Counted from the first letter of the stretch, positions 17,987 to 28,115 are shown. The stretch is 64,000 bases of DNA from Sphingomonadaceae bacterium (GCA_050261575.1 JBLNDL010000078.1:62001-126000); one strand, 5' to 3'. The notes: generated by a model from the letters alone, not told the origin. Translations and numbers: made by a program.

Positions 17987-18394
17987 CTACCTCCTACCCT
18001 CGGTGATGGCGGTTCGCAGCAAAGCCAGCCGCCCCGCCATCAGTTGCGTGAGGGCGGTGAACTCGATGGTCGTCTCCGCGAGTCTGGCCATCTCAGCGTC
18101 CACGTCGACGCCGTTCCGGTCGGTGCGAAACACCGCCGTCTGCTGCATGCTCAACGCCTGCTCCATGGTGTCGGGGCTCCTAAAATGGGCAGGGCTCGTC
18201 GCTGCCATCGCCAGTTGGCCTTCCTTCCGCATCTCCCGGTCGAGCACCTGCTCGAACGGGATCTCCAGCGCGCGGTACCCGGGAGTATCCATGTTGGCCA
18301 GGTTGTTGGAGATCAACTGCTGCCGCTTGGTCAACCCCGAGAGGCTCTCTTGCAGCAACCGCCCGGTCAGGTCAAGCAGTGGTCCCTGAGCCAT
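17987..18394 (-). CDS. flgB: Flagellar basal-body rod protein
   Basis: RQQLISNNLANMDTPGY..DRNGVDVDAEM. Confidence 0.93.
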   Translation of the reverse strand: MAQGPLLDLTGRLLQESLSGLTKRQQLISNNLANMDTPGYRALEIPFEQVLDREMRKEGQLAMAATSPAHFRSPDTMEQALSMQQTAVFRTDRNGVDVDAEMARLAETTIEFTALTQLMAGRLALLRTAITEGRR

Positions 18395-19001
18395 CGGCAC
18401 CTCCCTCTACCTCGTTGCGTCCTGCGGCCTTCAGGTTTCGCTGCTGCAGGGCCAGCACCCTCTCCACGTAGTTCCTCGTCTCCTTGTAGGGCGGCACGCC
18501 GTTGTACTTCTCCACGGCCCCAGGCCCGGCGTTGTATGCTGCCAGCGCGAGCGGCACCGATCCAAACTTGTCCAGCATGGCCCTAAGGTACTTGGCCCCA
18601 CCGGCCAGGTTGGCAGCCGGGTCGAACGAGTCCCTCACCCCGAGGGATCTCGCCGTTTCGTCCATGAGCTGCATCAACCCCTTGGCACCGGCACTCGATA
18701 CAGCCAGCGGGTCGAACCCAGACTCGGCCTCGACCACCGCCTTCACCAAGTGCGCGTCCACACCCTCTCGTTGGGCGGCGCGTCGGATCATCTCCTCGAA
18801 GTTGGCGGCGCGTGCCTGCGCCTCTGCCCCCATCTGTCGCACGGCGAGCGGCTCCCGCCTCGGGACGGCTCCGCTCGGTCGCATCGCAGGTATGGATGCG
18901 GCAGGCTTCGGAGTCTGACCGAGCCGCAGGGAGGCGAGCGCTGCGCGGAACCTTCCAACTGTCCCAACCGGAACCGGCAGTCGACTGCTCATCTCAGACA
19001 T
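18372..19001 (-). CDS. Lytic transglycosylase (SLT domain)
   Basis: AVVEAESGF, AKGLMQLM, LAAYNAGPG, ETRNYV. Confidence 0.92.
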   Translation of the reverse strand: MSEMSSRLPVPVGTVGRFRAALASLRLGQTPKPAASIPAMRPSGAVPRREPLAVRQMGAEAQARAANFEEMIRRAAQREGVDAHLVKAVVEAESGFDPLAVSSAGAKGLMQLMDETARSLGVRDSFDPAANLAGGAKYLRAMLDKFGSVPLALAAYNAGPGAVEKYNGVPPYKETRNYVERVLALQQRNLKAAGRNEVEGGADGSGTTA

Positions 19002-19458
19002 ACTCCCTGCTCTGCTGTCTCCGCACGTGGCGGACGGTGGCCACCTCCTCGGCGGTCTTCAGCTCCTTCCGGGACTCCTCCCGAGCGTAGGCCATGAGTA
19101 GAGCTTCCCTAAGCTTCTCCATCGCCTTCTTCTCTCGAGACGCCTGCAAAACCGCCTCCATGTCCTCCTCCACCCGCCGGCGCCGCTCTTCAACCACCTG
19201 CGTCTGGGAGCGGATGCGCCGCTCCAGGCCCGACAAGTAGGCGCTGTCTCGGTCGAGCTGCGCCACATCCAGCGGCCCCCTGCCCTGCTGCCTCGAGAGC
19301 CTCTCGGTCTGCATCCTCAATTCCTGCCTCAGCGCCTCCAGCCGAGCGACCGCGTCGTCCAGAGTCCTTTGAGACTCGGCGAGCCGGACTTGCAGCGATT
19401 CCAGCTTGTGCCGCCGCAGGGTAAGCACCGGCTCCAGACGGAAGTGGAATCCCTTCAT
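18994..19458 (-). CDS. fliJ: Flagellar export protein
   Basis: MKGFHFRLEPVL.LR, coiled coil, EKKAMEKL; follows fliI. Confidence 0.88.
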   Translation of the reverse strand: MKGFHFRLEPVLTLRRHKLESLQVRLAESQRTLDDAVARLEALRQELRMQTERLSRQQGRGPLDVAQLDRDSAYLSGLERRIRSQTQVVEERRRRVEEDMEAVLQASREKKAMEKLREALLMAYAREESRKELKTAEEVATVRHVRRQQSREYV

Positions 19459-19502
19459 CTGTCCACTCTAACCCAGCCCGTGCCCTCCGCCGCTCGGCCG
19501 AT

Positions 19503-20867
19503 CTACGACAGGGTGTACGCCCCAGATGCCAGCAACCCCTTGGCGATGGCCTCCAGTTGGCTCAGCGTAGCCTCCATGGGCGACTGCTCGTCGGCCCTCT
19601 GCCTCAAGAACGCCTCGATCTGAGGCAGGGCATCGATGGCAGCGTCGATCTTCGGGTTGCTGCCCCGAACGTAGGCCCCGATGTTGATCAGGTCCCTGGC
19701 ATCCTGGTAGGTGGCGAGCGCCTCGCGGAGCAGCCCAGCCCACCGCTGGTGGTCCGGCGAGGTCACCGACACCATCAAGCGACTGGTACTGTTCATCACG
19801 TCGATGGCCGGATACCTGTTCGCCGCCACCAACTCGCGAGAGAGGACGATGTGGCCGTCCAGAATGCTCCGCACGGCATCGGTGATCGGCTCCGTCAGGT
19901 CGTCGGATTCGACCAGCACCGTGTAGAATGCCGTAATGGCGCCCCGGTCGGAGGTCCCGGTGCGCTCCATCAGCTTCGGCAACAACGCGAACACGGAAGG
20001 GGTGTAGCCCCGCACCGTCGGCGGCTCCCCTGCGGCTAGCCCGATCTCGCGCTGGGCCATGGCGAACCGTGTCACGGAGTCCATCAAGAGGGCGACCTGC
20101 AGCCCCTGGTCACGGAAGTACTCTGCGATCACCGTCGCTACCCAGGCACCCTTCACGCGCATGAGGGCGGACTGGTCCGAAGTTGAGACCACCACGACCG
20201 ACCGCCTCAGCCCCTCGGGGCCCAGGTCGCGCTCGATGAAGTCCTGCACCTCCCGACCACGCTCACCTATCAGGGCGATGACGTTCACGTCTGCCTTGGA
20301 GCTTCGGGCGATCATGCCCAGCAGGGTGCTCTTGCCCACCCCACTGCCTGCGAAGATCCCCACTCGCTGCCCCCTGCCGCAGGTGAGCAGGCCGTCGATG
20401 GCCTTCACCCCGGTGGGGAGGGATTCCACGATGCGTGACCGCGCCAAGACGTCTGGCGCGCTGTTGGTGAGCGGGTACGAGATGATGGAGTCGATGGGGC
20501 CTCGATGATCGATCGGCCGCCCCAGGCCGTCGACCACTCTACCGAGCAACTCTCTGCCCACCTGGACGGTGAACACGCGACCTCGTGGCACAACTTCACT
20601 GCCGGGTCTGACTCCCCCCAGATCGGCGAGTGGCATTAGCAGCAGACGTCCGCCGCGGAAGCCGATCACCTCCGCCGAAACCGGCAGTTGCCCCTTCTCG
20701 GGGTAGATGAAGCACATCTCCCCTATGCGGGAGGCAAGGCCCTCCACCTCCACGGTGAGACCCACCACCTGCACTACCTTTCCGCGGCAGGACACAGGAT
20801 CGATCTGCTCCAGCAGCCTGCGGTAGCGATCCAGTAGGCGGATTTGCGGGGCATCCACAGCGCTCAC
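19503..20867 (-). CDS. fliI: Flagellum-specific ATPase
   Basis: AGSGVGKST, IGERGREV, MDSVTRFAMAQREIGL. Confidence 0.97.
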   Translation of the reverse strand: MSAVDAPQIRLLDRYRRLLEQIDPVSCRGKVVQVVGLTVEVEGLASRIGEMCFIYPEKGQLPVSAEVIGFRGGRLLLMPLADLGGVRPGSEVVPRGRVFTVQVGRELLGRVVDGLGRPIDHRGPIDSIISYPLTNSAPDVLARSRIVESLPTGVKAIDGLLTCGRGQRVGIFAGSGVGKSTLLGMIARSSKADVNVIALIGERGREVQDFIERDLGPEGLRRSVVVVSTSDQSALMRVKGAWVATVIAEYFRDQGLQVALLMDSVTRFAMAQREIGLAAGEPPTVRGYTPSVFALLPKLMERTGTSDRGAITAFYTVLVESDDLTEPITDAVRSILDGHIVLSRELVAANRYPAIDVMNSTSRLMVSVTSPDHQRWAGLLREALATYQDARDLINIGAYVRGSNPKIDAAIDALPQIEAFLRQRADEQSPMEATLSQLEAIAKGLLASGAYTLS

Positions 20868-21574
20868 TGTCCGACCTCGAAAGCCGTCACTATCTCAGCT
20901 AGCTGTGTCTCGATGCGGCTATCGACCAAGCCGCTCTTGGTCTCCACGATGCAGCCCCCTCTGTCCACCTGATCGTCGCCAACCACTTCCCAGTTCGTCC
21001 CAAAAGCCACGGCGCCCCTCAGCTCCGACCACTTCTCTCGCACCAGATCCACGTCCTCGGGATGGACCAGGATACGCACCGACTCGGTCGACCCGACCTT
21101 CTCGATGGCGGATTCGATCATGGCGAGAACGATCGTGGGATCCGTGGCGACCTCCCGGCGGATGATCTTGCTGGCGATCTCCAGGGCAAGGGTTGCGAGT
21201 TCCTGCTCTGCCGAACGGATCATAGTCTCGCGGTCGATGACGGCCCTTTTCGCCAGCTCGGCCAGACGCTCCAGATACCCCTTGCACTGCTCCTCGGCGG
21301 CCCTCAGCCCCTCGGCCTTGCCGTCACTGTAGCCACGGGCCATCGCCTCCCTGGTGACGGCGGCCGCTCTGGCCTCGGCCTCCGCCAGGATCTCTTCAGC
21401 CCGGGCCTCGGCGCGCGCCAGATCCGCTCCATCCTGCGCCTGGACCGCAACCGGGGGCTGCTCCTCGTCCCCCTGTGGATCCAAGTACCGGCGCTGAACG
21501 AACCTGGAGCCACGCTGGCCGGGAATAACCACCGGATCGTCCCGGAAGTTGGCCGACTTGATGATCCTAGGCAA
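20864..21574 (-). CDS. fliH: Flagellar assembly protein
   Basis: GYSDGKAEG GxxxG repeat, VHPED, RGGCIVET..G.VD. Confidence 0.9.
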   Translation of the reverse strand: MPRIIKSANFRDDPVVIPGQRGSRFVQRRYLDPQGDEEQPPVAVQAQDGADLARAEARAEEILAEAEARAAAVTREAMARGYSDGKAEGLRAAEEQCKGYLERLAELAKRAVIDRETMIRSAEQELATLALEIASKIIRREVATDPTIVLAMIESAIEKVGSTESVRILVHPEDVDLVREKWSELRGAVAFGTNWEVVGDDQVDRGGCIVETKSGLVDSRIETQLAEIVTAFEVGQ

Positions 21575-22586
21575 CGACTTCGTCCTCCGAGCCGCCCCGT
21601 GCGATCACGATCTCCTCGGCGTCGTCCAGGCGCCGCACCACCGCCACGATCCGCTGCTGCGCGTCCTCCACTGTCCGCAGCCTGACCGGGCCGCCGACCT
21701 CCATGTCCTCTTTCAGCATCTGGCCCGCGCGTGTGGACATGTTCCGGAAGATCTTGTTCTTCACTTCCTCGCTCGCCCCCCTGAGTGCGAGGGCAAGATC
21801 CTTCGTATCCACTTCCCGCAGCACCCGCTGAATGGAGCGATCGTCCAGCTTGATGATGTCCTCGAACACGAACATCTGCTTCCGGACTTCCTCGGCCAAC
21901 GCCGGGTCGGTCTCCTCCAGCGACTGCATGATCGTCTTCTCGGTCGCCCGGTTCACTTGAGTCAGCACCTTGACCAGGAACTCCACACCGCCAACGGTCG
22001 AGTAGTCCTGGTTCAGCACCGATGACAGCCTCTTCTTCAGCGTCGACTCGACCTGGTCGATGGCCTCCGGCGTGGTCCGCTCCATGGTGGCGATCCTCAC
22101 CGCTACTTCAGCCTGCAAGTCCCGATCGAGCCGAGCCAGAATCGATGCCGCCAGCACGGGGTGAAGATGGGCGATGATGAGCGCGATGGTCTGCGGACGC
22201 TCCTCCTGGATATAGCTCACCAGTTGCGCCGGGTCCGCCATCCGCACGAAGTCGAACGGCTCGTTGCGCCATCCGGAGGCCAGCCTGTTCACGATCTCGT
22301 TCGCCTTCTGAGGTCCCAGAGCGTGTGTCAGGACCTCCTTGGCGTACTCCACCCCACCGCTGGAGATGTATCCCTGAGCGTGTGCCAGCTCGAGGCATTC
22401 GCTAAGCACCTCTGTGCGGACCTCATGGGCGATCCGCTCCATGCTGAAGATCTCGACGGTCACACGATCGATGTCGGCGTCCTTGAGATGCTTCATCACC
22501 TCGGCCGACAGATCCGTCCCCAGGGCGATCAGTAGAGCCGCGGCTTTCTGCCGTCCGCTCAGTCTTCTCGCAGTCGGACCAGCCAT
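21567..22586 (-). CDS. fliG: Flagellar motor switch protein
   Basis: KAAALLIALG, ERPQTIA, MFVFEDI, NMSTR. Confidence 0.97.
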   Translation of the reverse strand: MAGPTARRLSGRQKAAALLIALGTDLSAEVMKHLKDADIDRVTVEIFSMERIAHEVRTEVLSECLELAHAQGYISSGGVEYAKEVLTHALGPQKANEIVNRLASGWRNEPFDFVRMADPAQLVSYIQEERPQTIALIIAHLHPVLAASILARLDRDLQAEVAVRIATMERTTPEAIDQVESTLKKRLSSVLNQDYSTVGGVEFLVKVLTQVNRATEKTIMQSLEETDPALAEEVRKQMFVFEDIIKLDDRSIQRVLREVDTKDLALALRGASEEVKNKIFRNMSTRAGQMLKEDMEVGGPVRLRTVEDAQQRIVAVVRRLDDAEEIVIARGGSEDEVVA

Positions 22587-24251
22587 CTATCCCTTCTCAT
22601 CCAACCAAGACTTGACGATCTGTGCCACGAGCTTCGGCTCGGTCTGAGCCAGCTTGGTCACGTCCTTCAGCACCTGTGCAGGCCGGACGTCGTCTTCCTT
22701 CACCGGTGCGTTGATGGCTGCCACCGCCTCGGCTACCCTCTGCCCCTGCAACTGGGGCACAGCCGCTCCCGCACCCAATGCCTCCAGGTCCGCAGGGCGC
22801 GGAGCGCGCATCAGCCCCTTGATCACCGACCGAACCAGCAGCAGCACCACCAGGATGGACAGCACCACCAGCGCCCCCTTCGCCACGGTGGTGTACAGCT
22901 CGAGCTGCGCCGCCTCCTCGTCTGCCTTCTCCCGCGCGATCTTCGACGTCTGGTCGAAGGGCAAGCTGGCCACAACCACGGTGTCGCCCCGGTTGGTGTC
23001 CAGTCCCACCGCCGCAGTCACGACCTTGGAGATAGTCGAGGAGACCGCCTCGTCCAACTGCCCGTCGAGCAGCACCGAAACCGACAGCCTCTTCACGCTG
23101 CCCGGCGCCTTGACTATTCGCTCGACCTGCCTCGATATCTCGTAGTTCGTGGTGACCTCACGCCGCTCGTACTTGGGATCGGTGACCACGAGAGCCTCCT
23201 CCGCCGTGAGGGTGGGCCGGGGGGTAGCCTCCGCACCCGGAGTGGGCGCTGGGGTGACACTCGGGCTCACCGGACCGGCAGGGGTACGGCCGTCGATGGG
23301 GTACGACGGAACGGTGAGGCTCCCGTCGCCCAGCGGTACCGCCGAGCGCTCAACGAACTCTCTGGTGCTTCGTACCGGGGACGGCTTGTCGGCCGGAGAG
23401 TATGTCTCGCTGCTGGACTCGATTTGGTCCCAGTCCAGCGTTGCGCTTACCCGAACCACGGCTTTGCGTGGACCGAGCACCTGCTCCAGCATCGTCTGGA
23501 TGTCCTGCTGCAGAGCCCGCTCGTAGTTCTTCTGGGCCTCCCGCTGGGCACTGTTTCCCGCGGAGGACAGGAGAGACTTGTCATCCTGCCCAGATAACGT
23601 CACGCCGTCCCCGTCGACCACCGTGACGTTCTCCGGCTCGAGCCCCTCGACACTCCGAGAGACCAGGTTCACTACGCCTCTGATCTGGCGCGCATCCAGT
23701 TCAGTCCCAGCCTTCAGCCGTAGCATCACCGAGGCAGTCGCGGGCTTTTCCCTAGCAGCGAACAGCTCGTCCTGAGGGATGACGATGTGGACACGGGCTT
23801 CCTGGACCCCTGATAGGGTGGATATGGTTCTGGCAAGCTCTCCCTCGAGGGCTCGCTGGTAGTTCAGCTTCTGGGCGAAGTCGGTAAGCCCGAAGCTCAT
23901 CTTGTCGAACAGCTCGTAACCGACCGAACTCCCTTTCGGCAACCCCTGTGACGCCAGGTCTAGCCGCACTTCGTGCACCCGATCTGCAGGGACGCGCACC
24001 GTGGCTCCGCCGTCCGCCAACTCGTAGGGGATCTTCTGCTCCTTCAGCTTGGCCACTATCGCCCCAGCGTCGCTCTCGTTCAGTTTCGTGAACAGGGCGG
24101 AGTACTCGGTCCGCTGCGCCCACTGCGTCAGGAAGAATATGGCCGCGAGCGCACCCAGTGCCACTGCCACGAGACTGCCCTTTTGCAGCAGCGTCAGCTT
24201 GCGCCATACCTGCGGGCCCTCTACCTTGAGTCGGGCTATCAGATCGCCCAC
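22587..24251 (-). CDS. fliF: Flagellar MS-ring protein
   Basis: GYELFD, YQRALEGELARTI, ARVHIVIP, ASVML, two TM helices; start set at GTG 24251 because the track start lies inside the 74-bp element. Confidence 0.95.
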   Translation of the reverse strand: MGDLIARLKVEGPQVWRKLTLLQKGSLVAVALGALAAIFFLTQWAQRTEYSALFTKLNESDAGAIVAKLKEQKIPYELADGGATVRVPADRVHEVRLDLASQGLPKGSSVGYELFDKMSFGLTDFAQKLNYQRALEGELARTISTLSGVQEARVHIVIPQDELFAAREKPATASVMLRLKAGTELDARQIRGVVNLVSRSVEGLEPENVTVVDGDGVTLSGQDDKSLLSSAGNSAQREAQKNYERALQQDIQTMLEQVLGPRKAVVRVSATLDWDQIESSSETYSPADKPSPVRSTREFVERSAVPLGDGSLTVPSYPIDGRTPAGPVSPSVTPAPTPGAEATPRPTLTAEEALVVTDPKYERREVTTNYEISRQVERIVKAPGSVKRLSVSVLLDGQLDEAVSSTISKVVTAAVGLDTNRGDTVVVASLPFDQTSKIAREKADEEAAQLELYTTVAKGALVVLSILVVLLLVRSVIKGLMRAPRPADLEALGAGAAVPQLQGQRVAEAVAAINAPVKEDDVRPAQVLKDVTKLAQTEPKLVAQIVKSWLDEKG

Positions 24252-24303
24252 GCGTACCCTTCCCTTCTGAGCAACTTGACGACGTGGATGCGTGGGGCAG
24301 TGG

Positions 24304-24377
24304 CTAGGCAGATGTCTCTGGATCGAGTACACGTTTCACGCCAGTGAAGTTGACGTGAACTAGAGATACCTGCTCTG
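24304..24377 (-). repeat. 74-bp palindromic dispersed element, copy C (between fliE and fliF)
   Basis: Reverse complement CAGAGCAGGTATCTCTAGTTCACGTC...GGCGTGAAACGTG...CCAGAGACATCTGCCTAG. Confidence 0.88.
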
Positions 24378-24425
24378 TCCCCCGCCACGGTCGAGGACAA
24401 CACCGAGTGGCTGCCCCGGCCGGAG

Positions 24426-24719
24426 CTACACCTGCATCCGCATGACTTCCTGGTAAGCCTCGATCAGCTTGTTTCGGATCTGAAGCGCATACTGGAAGGA
24501 CATCTGCGCCTCCTCCATGGCGAGGACGGCGTCGTGCAACTCCACATCCTTGCCCAGCGCCAGTTGAATGGCCAGGTCGTCGGCCCTTCCCTGCTGCGCG
24601 TTCACCTCTTTGATGGCGTTGGCCAGAGCATCTCCGAACTGGCCCACACCCTGGCTCGCCGGCCTCTTTCGGGCCAGATCGAGAGGAAGAGGCGAATAGC
24701 CGATAGATGTGATCTCCAT
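24426..24719 (-). CDS. fliE: Flagellar hook-basal body protein
   Basis: IRNKLIEAYQEVMRMQV. Confidence 0.95.
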   Translation of the reverse strand: MEITSIGYSPLPLDLARKRPASQGVGQFGDALANAIKEVNAQQGRADDLAIQLALGKDVELHDAVLAMEEAQMSFQYALQIRNKLIEAYQEVMRMQV

Positions 24720-24815
24720 CAGTCCCTCCAAGCCACCTCGACAGCCATCTCAGGACGGGGGAACGCCTGCCACCGCAGCAGCGGCGTCGCGAGATCCGGA
24801 GATGGCCGCCGATTC

Positions 24816-25247
24816 CTACACCTTGCCGAGATCCAGTGCCCTCACGGCCATGCTCTTGGCCGCGTTCAACGCCGCCACGCTGGCCTCGTAGGCCCGCACT
24901 GCCGACATCATGTCCGTCATCTCCTGCACTAGGTCGATGTCGGGATAGGCGACGATTCCGTTCTCGTCCGCATCGGGGTGGGATGGATCACTGACCAACC
25001 GAGTCCCACCGTTCTCCACGACCCCTGCCACCCGGACTCCGGTGGGATTGACGCCCCTGTTCACCGCCGGGACGACCCCACCTCGCGCCGGGGACGCGCT
25101 GAACACCACCTCCCGCCGCTTGTAGGGGCCTCCTGCCGTGGTGCGGGTAGTCTGGAGGTTCGCGATGTTCCCGGAGACGACGTCCATCCGCAGCCGCTGC
25201 GCGGTGAGCCCCGAAGCGCTGATCCTTAGAGACGATGCGAAGCTCAT
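24816..25247 (-). CDS. flgC: Flagellar basal-body rod protein
   Basis: ISASGLTAQRLRMDV..NIAN, GGPYKR, PSHPDAD..G.V.YP. Confidence 0.96.
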   Translation of the reverse strand: MSFASSLRISASGLTAQRLRMDVVSGNIANLQTTRTTAGGPYKRREVVFSASPARGGVVPAVNRGVNPTGVRVAGVVENGGTRLVSDPSHPDADENGIVAYPDIDLVQEMTDMMSAVRAYEASVAALNAAKSMAVRALDLGKV

Positions 25248-25282
25248 GGTCGTTCCTCACAGCAGAGTGTTATCGCGAGAGG

Positions 25283-25349
25283 ATGCTAAATGGAGTACCC
25301 AAGATTGCCACATAGGGATTCCCCCTAATTGCTGGGGGCCTTTCCCCTA
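25283..25349 (-). promoter_or_regulatory. Putative activator-dependent promoter of flgC operon with palindromic operator(s)
   Basis: -10 TAGCAT (25288-25283), TAGGG-N5-CCCTA at 25313-25327, second imperfect palindrome at 25333-25349. Confidence 0.5.
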
Positions 25350-25408
25350 TTCGTGGAGGAGTGGGGTGAAGTCTCGGGGGAGTGGACCTCGAAGCCCGCT
25401 AGGTAGGT

Positions 25409-25442
25409 CTGGGCACTCGCGCTGGGCAGCGCGAGTGCCCAG
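25409..25442. repeat. Perfect 16-bp inverted repeat
   Basis: CTGGGCACTCGCGCTG-GG-CAGCGCGAGTGCCCAG, flanked by AGGTAGGT/ACCTACCT. Confidence 0.85.
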
Positions 25443-25520
25443 CGCGCTGGCTCGCCACCTACCTGGGAAGCGGCGGTGGGCTGTCGCCCTCCTCTACTTG
25501 GGCCACGGTTACTCATTTGC

Positions 25521-25559
25521 AGGGCGGAGGCAGGGTCTCACCCTGCCCTTCCCCGCCCT
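25521..25559 (-). terminator. Hairpin downstream of cheX, possible terminator of the che operon
   Basis: GGCAGGGT/ACCCTGCC inner stem, AGGGCGG/CCGCCCT outer stem; no clear U tract. Confidence 0.4.
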
Positions 25560-25586
25560 ACGGTCGGATGCCGCTCCTTCCAGCGA

Positions 25587-26057
25587 TCAGCGAACACCGT
25601 TTTCGCGCAACGCCAACTGCATCTCGATCGTGCCTGAAGGAGTCAGAAGAGGGAAAACCAGCCTGTGCAGATTGGGGGTAGAGATCACGGTGTTGCTCCC
25701 CAGGACCACCGCGGGGGGGGTGATCCCGCACTTGTAGCCGAACTCGGCGAGGGAGGTCACGGCGGAGCCAACCACCACGTTCCCCAGTTCCGCGATCCCG
25801 CTCTCGGCGACGGCGTCGAGCTCCCTGAACTCCTGCCCCATCATGTGGGAGACCAGCGCGAGAGCTGTTTCCTTTGAGAGGCCAAAGATCACCATGCCTC
25901 GCAGTTCGCCGGTCACCCCGACCAGAGCAGTGACATCCTGGGTCACGTAGTTGTCTTTCTGGGCCGATAGCTGGCCCACCCCTATCTGAGCCCCCAACTC
26001 GGTGCTCAGAACCGCCCGCCCCGAATTGACGAACCTCTCGATTACCTTGGAATTCAC
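25587..26057 (-). CDS. cheX: Chemotaxis phosphatase
   Basis: DVTALVGVTG, SGIAELGNV (ExxN), ITPP; GTG start behind GGAGGAGG. Confidence 0.9.
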   Translation of the reverse strand: MNSKVIERFVNSGRAVLSTELGAQIGVGQLSAQKDNYVTQDVTALVGVTGELRGMVIFGLSKETALALVSHMMGQEFRELDAVAESGIAELGNVVVGSAVTSLAEFGYKCGITPPAVVLGSNTVISTPNLHRLVFPLLTPSGTIEMQLALRENGVR

Positions 26058-26127
26058 CTGGTCAGCCTCCTCCATTCGGAGTCCCGTGCACTGTAGGAGC
26101 GGGACCAACCTGTGAAGCACGGGATCG

Positions 26128-26982
26128 TCAATGTGATGCTCGGCCGGTCACCACGGCATGACCGCCGATCTTGCGATAGAAGGACACCCCCATGGTCTCA
26201 AAGCCGAACTCCCTGGCGCGGGAGATGATCTCGGTGCCGCCCACGAACAAGACGCCGCCATCTACCAGGGAATCGGCGAACTTGAGATAGAGGGTATTCT
26301 TGGCCTCTTCGGTGAAGTAGATCACGACGTGCCGACACAGGATCACGTGGAAACCGGACTCGAAGGGATCCTTCAGCAGGTCGTGCACCTGGAACCTGAT
26401 GCGCTCCTTCAGGCGATCCTTCACCCTGTAGCCGGTCTCATCACGTTCGAAGAACCTGGTGAGGCGGCGCTCGCTGACGTTCCGCAGGTCCGATGCCGTG
26501 TACCTATCCCCCCTTTGGGCTCGGGCGAGCGTGGTCCGGTCCACGTCGGTGGCAAGTATGCTCCACCGGCCGAGAGGAGCTAACTCCTCCAAGAGGATCG
26601 CCAGAGAGTAGGGCTCGGCGCCATTCGAGCACCCAGCGCTCCAAATCCTGAGTTCGCGGGTGGTCGCGATCAACTTCGGCAGCACCTGAGAGGCCAGAAG
26701 CTCGAACTTGTCTGGAATCCGGAAGAACTCCGACACGTTGATGGTGAAGAAATCCAGAAACTGCTGAAGCCTGTCAGGCTTCTCCAATTCCTTCGCGTAC
26801 TCGAGGAGACTGGCAGTCTTGCTGCGAGCCAACAGCGTACCCAACCTTCGTTTCATCTGTTGGCTCTTGTAGGCCCCCAGATCGATCCCCGTCAAAGTCT
26901 GGACGCGCCGCTGGAAATAGGCGTAGGAAAGGTCATCTATCGGCGGCACGCCGCTGGGGCTCTGCTCCACTGAACTGCTCAT
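26128..26982 (-). CDS. cheR: Chemotaxis methyltransferase
   Basis: TINVSEFFR, IWSAGCSNGAEPYSLA, ATDVD, ILCRHVVIYF. Confidence 0.96.
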   Translation of the reverse strand: MSSSVEQSPSGVPPIDDLSYAYFQRRVQTLTGIDLGAYKSQQMKRRLGTLLARSKTASLLEYAKELEKPDRLQQFLDFFTINVSEFFRIPDKFELLASQVLPKLIATTRELRIWSAGCSNGAEPYSLAILLEELAPLGRWSILATDVDRTTLARAQRGDRYTASDLRNVSERRLTRFFERDETGYRVKDRLKERIRFQVHDLLKDPFESGFHVILCRHVVIYFTEEAKNTLYLKFADSLVDGGVLFVGGTEIISRAREFGFETMGVSFYRKIGGHAVVTGRASH

Positions 26983-28115
26983 CTCGCCGAGGCACCTACC
27001 TCTGTCGATGATGCGGACACGGCGTCGACGATGGCATCTGCCATCGCCTCCAGCCTTACGACTCGGTCCACAGCGCCTGCCTCACGGACGCTGCGAGGCA
27101 TTCCGTACACCACACAGGTCGACTCGTCCTCCGCGATGACGATGCCACCGCCTCTGCGAATCGCGATAGCCCCGCTCGTTCCGTCGGTGCCCATTCCGGT
27201 GAGAACCACGCCCACGGTCGCCGCACCGTACACCGACGCCGCAGACTCCATGGTGACGTCCACGGACGGCCTCACACCGTGCACCGGAGGGCTCTTCTCC
27301 AGCGAAACCCTCCCGCCGCGTCGCACCGCCATGTGATAGTCGCCGGGCGCGAGCAAGGCGACCCCCCTCTCGATCGCATCGCCCTCTACCGCCTCTCGCA
27401 CTTGCAGTAGAGAGACATCGTTCAGGCGATGGGCGAGAGACTTGGTGAAGCCCGACGGCATGTGCTGAACCAACAGCAGCGCAGCCGGCAGGTTGGCCGG
27501 CAGTCGGGGAACGACCTCGAACAGTGCCCGTGGGCCCCCGGTGGAGGTTCCCACTACCACCACCCTATCGGCCTTGAAAGGCTTCCCGCGCCCTGGGGAC
27601 ACCGCAGGCTTGGCCTGGGCAGCCTCCTCGCTATGCCCTCTGAAAGCGCGAGCTGCCCCAGCCTTCAGACGGCGACCGTCCAGCCCGCCCGCTTCTTTCA
27701 CTTTGGCGATCAGTTGCCGCCAGACCGGCTCAGCGGAGCCGGCCTCGAACGCAGATGGCTTTGGCACGAAATCGGCAGCGCCAAGCTCCAGGCCACGAAT
27801 GGTCTCCGCGGCACCCTCCTGGGTCAGACTGCTGAGCAGTATCACCGGAACCGGCTCCTCCCGCATGATCCTCTCGATGGCGGTGAGTCCGTCCATGCGG
27901 GGCATCTCCAGGTCCATGGTGACCACGTCGGGTTTCAACTGCGCGATCTTCTGAATGGCGTCGATGCCGTCCCGCGCCATGCCGACGACCTGAAGCGCGG
28001 GATCCGCGGACAACTCCTTGGATATCACGTACCGCATGAACGCGGAGTCGTCCACTACCAGGACCTTCACTCGCTTCTCTGTTCTCGCCGCGCGCAGTGC
28101 ATCACACGCATCCAT
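26979..28115 (-). CDS. cheB: Chemotaxis response regulator methylesterase
   Basis: Receiver + GTSTGGP, VQHMP, LTGMGTDG. Confidence 0.97.
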   Translation of the reverse strand: MDACDALRAARTEKRVKVLVVDDSAFMRYVISKELSADPALQVVGMARDGIDAIQKIAQLKPDVVTMDLEMPRMDGLTAIERIMREEPVPVILLSSLTQEGAAETIRGLELGAADFVPKPSAFEAGSAEPVWRQLIAKVKEAGGLDGRRLKAGAARAFRGHSEEAAQAKPAVSPGRGKPFKADRVVVVGTSTGGPRALFEVVPRLPANLPAALLLVQHMPSGFTKSLAHRLNDVSLLQVREAVEGDAIERGVALLAPGDYHMAVRRGGRVSLEKSPPVHGVRPSVDVTMESAASVYGAATVGVVLTGMGTDGTSGAIAIRRGGGIVIAEDESTCVVYGMPRSVREAGAVDRVVRLEAMADAIVDAVSASSTEVGASAR

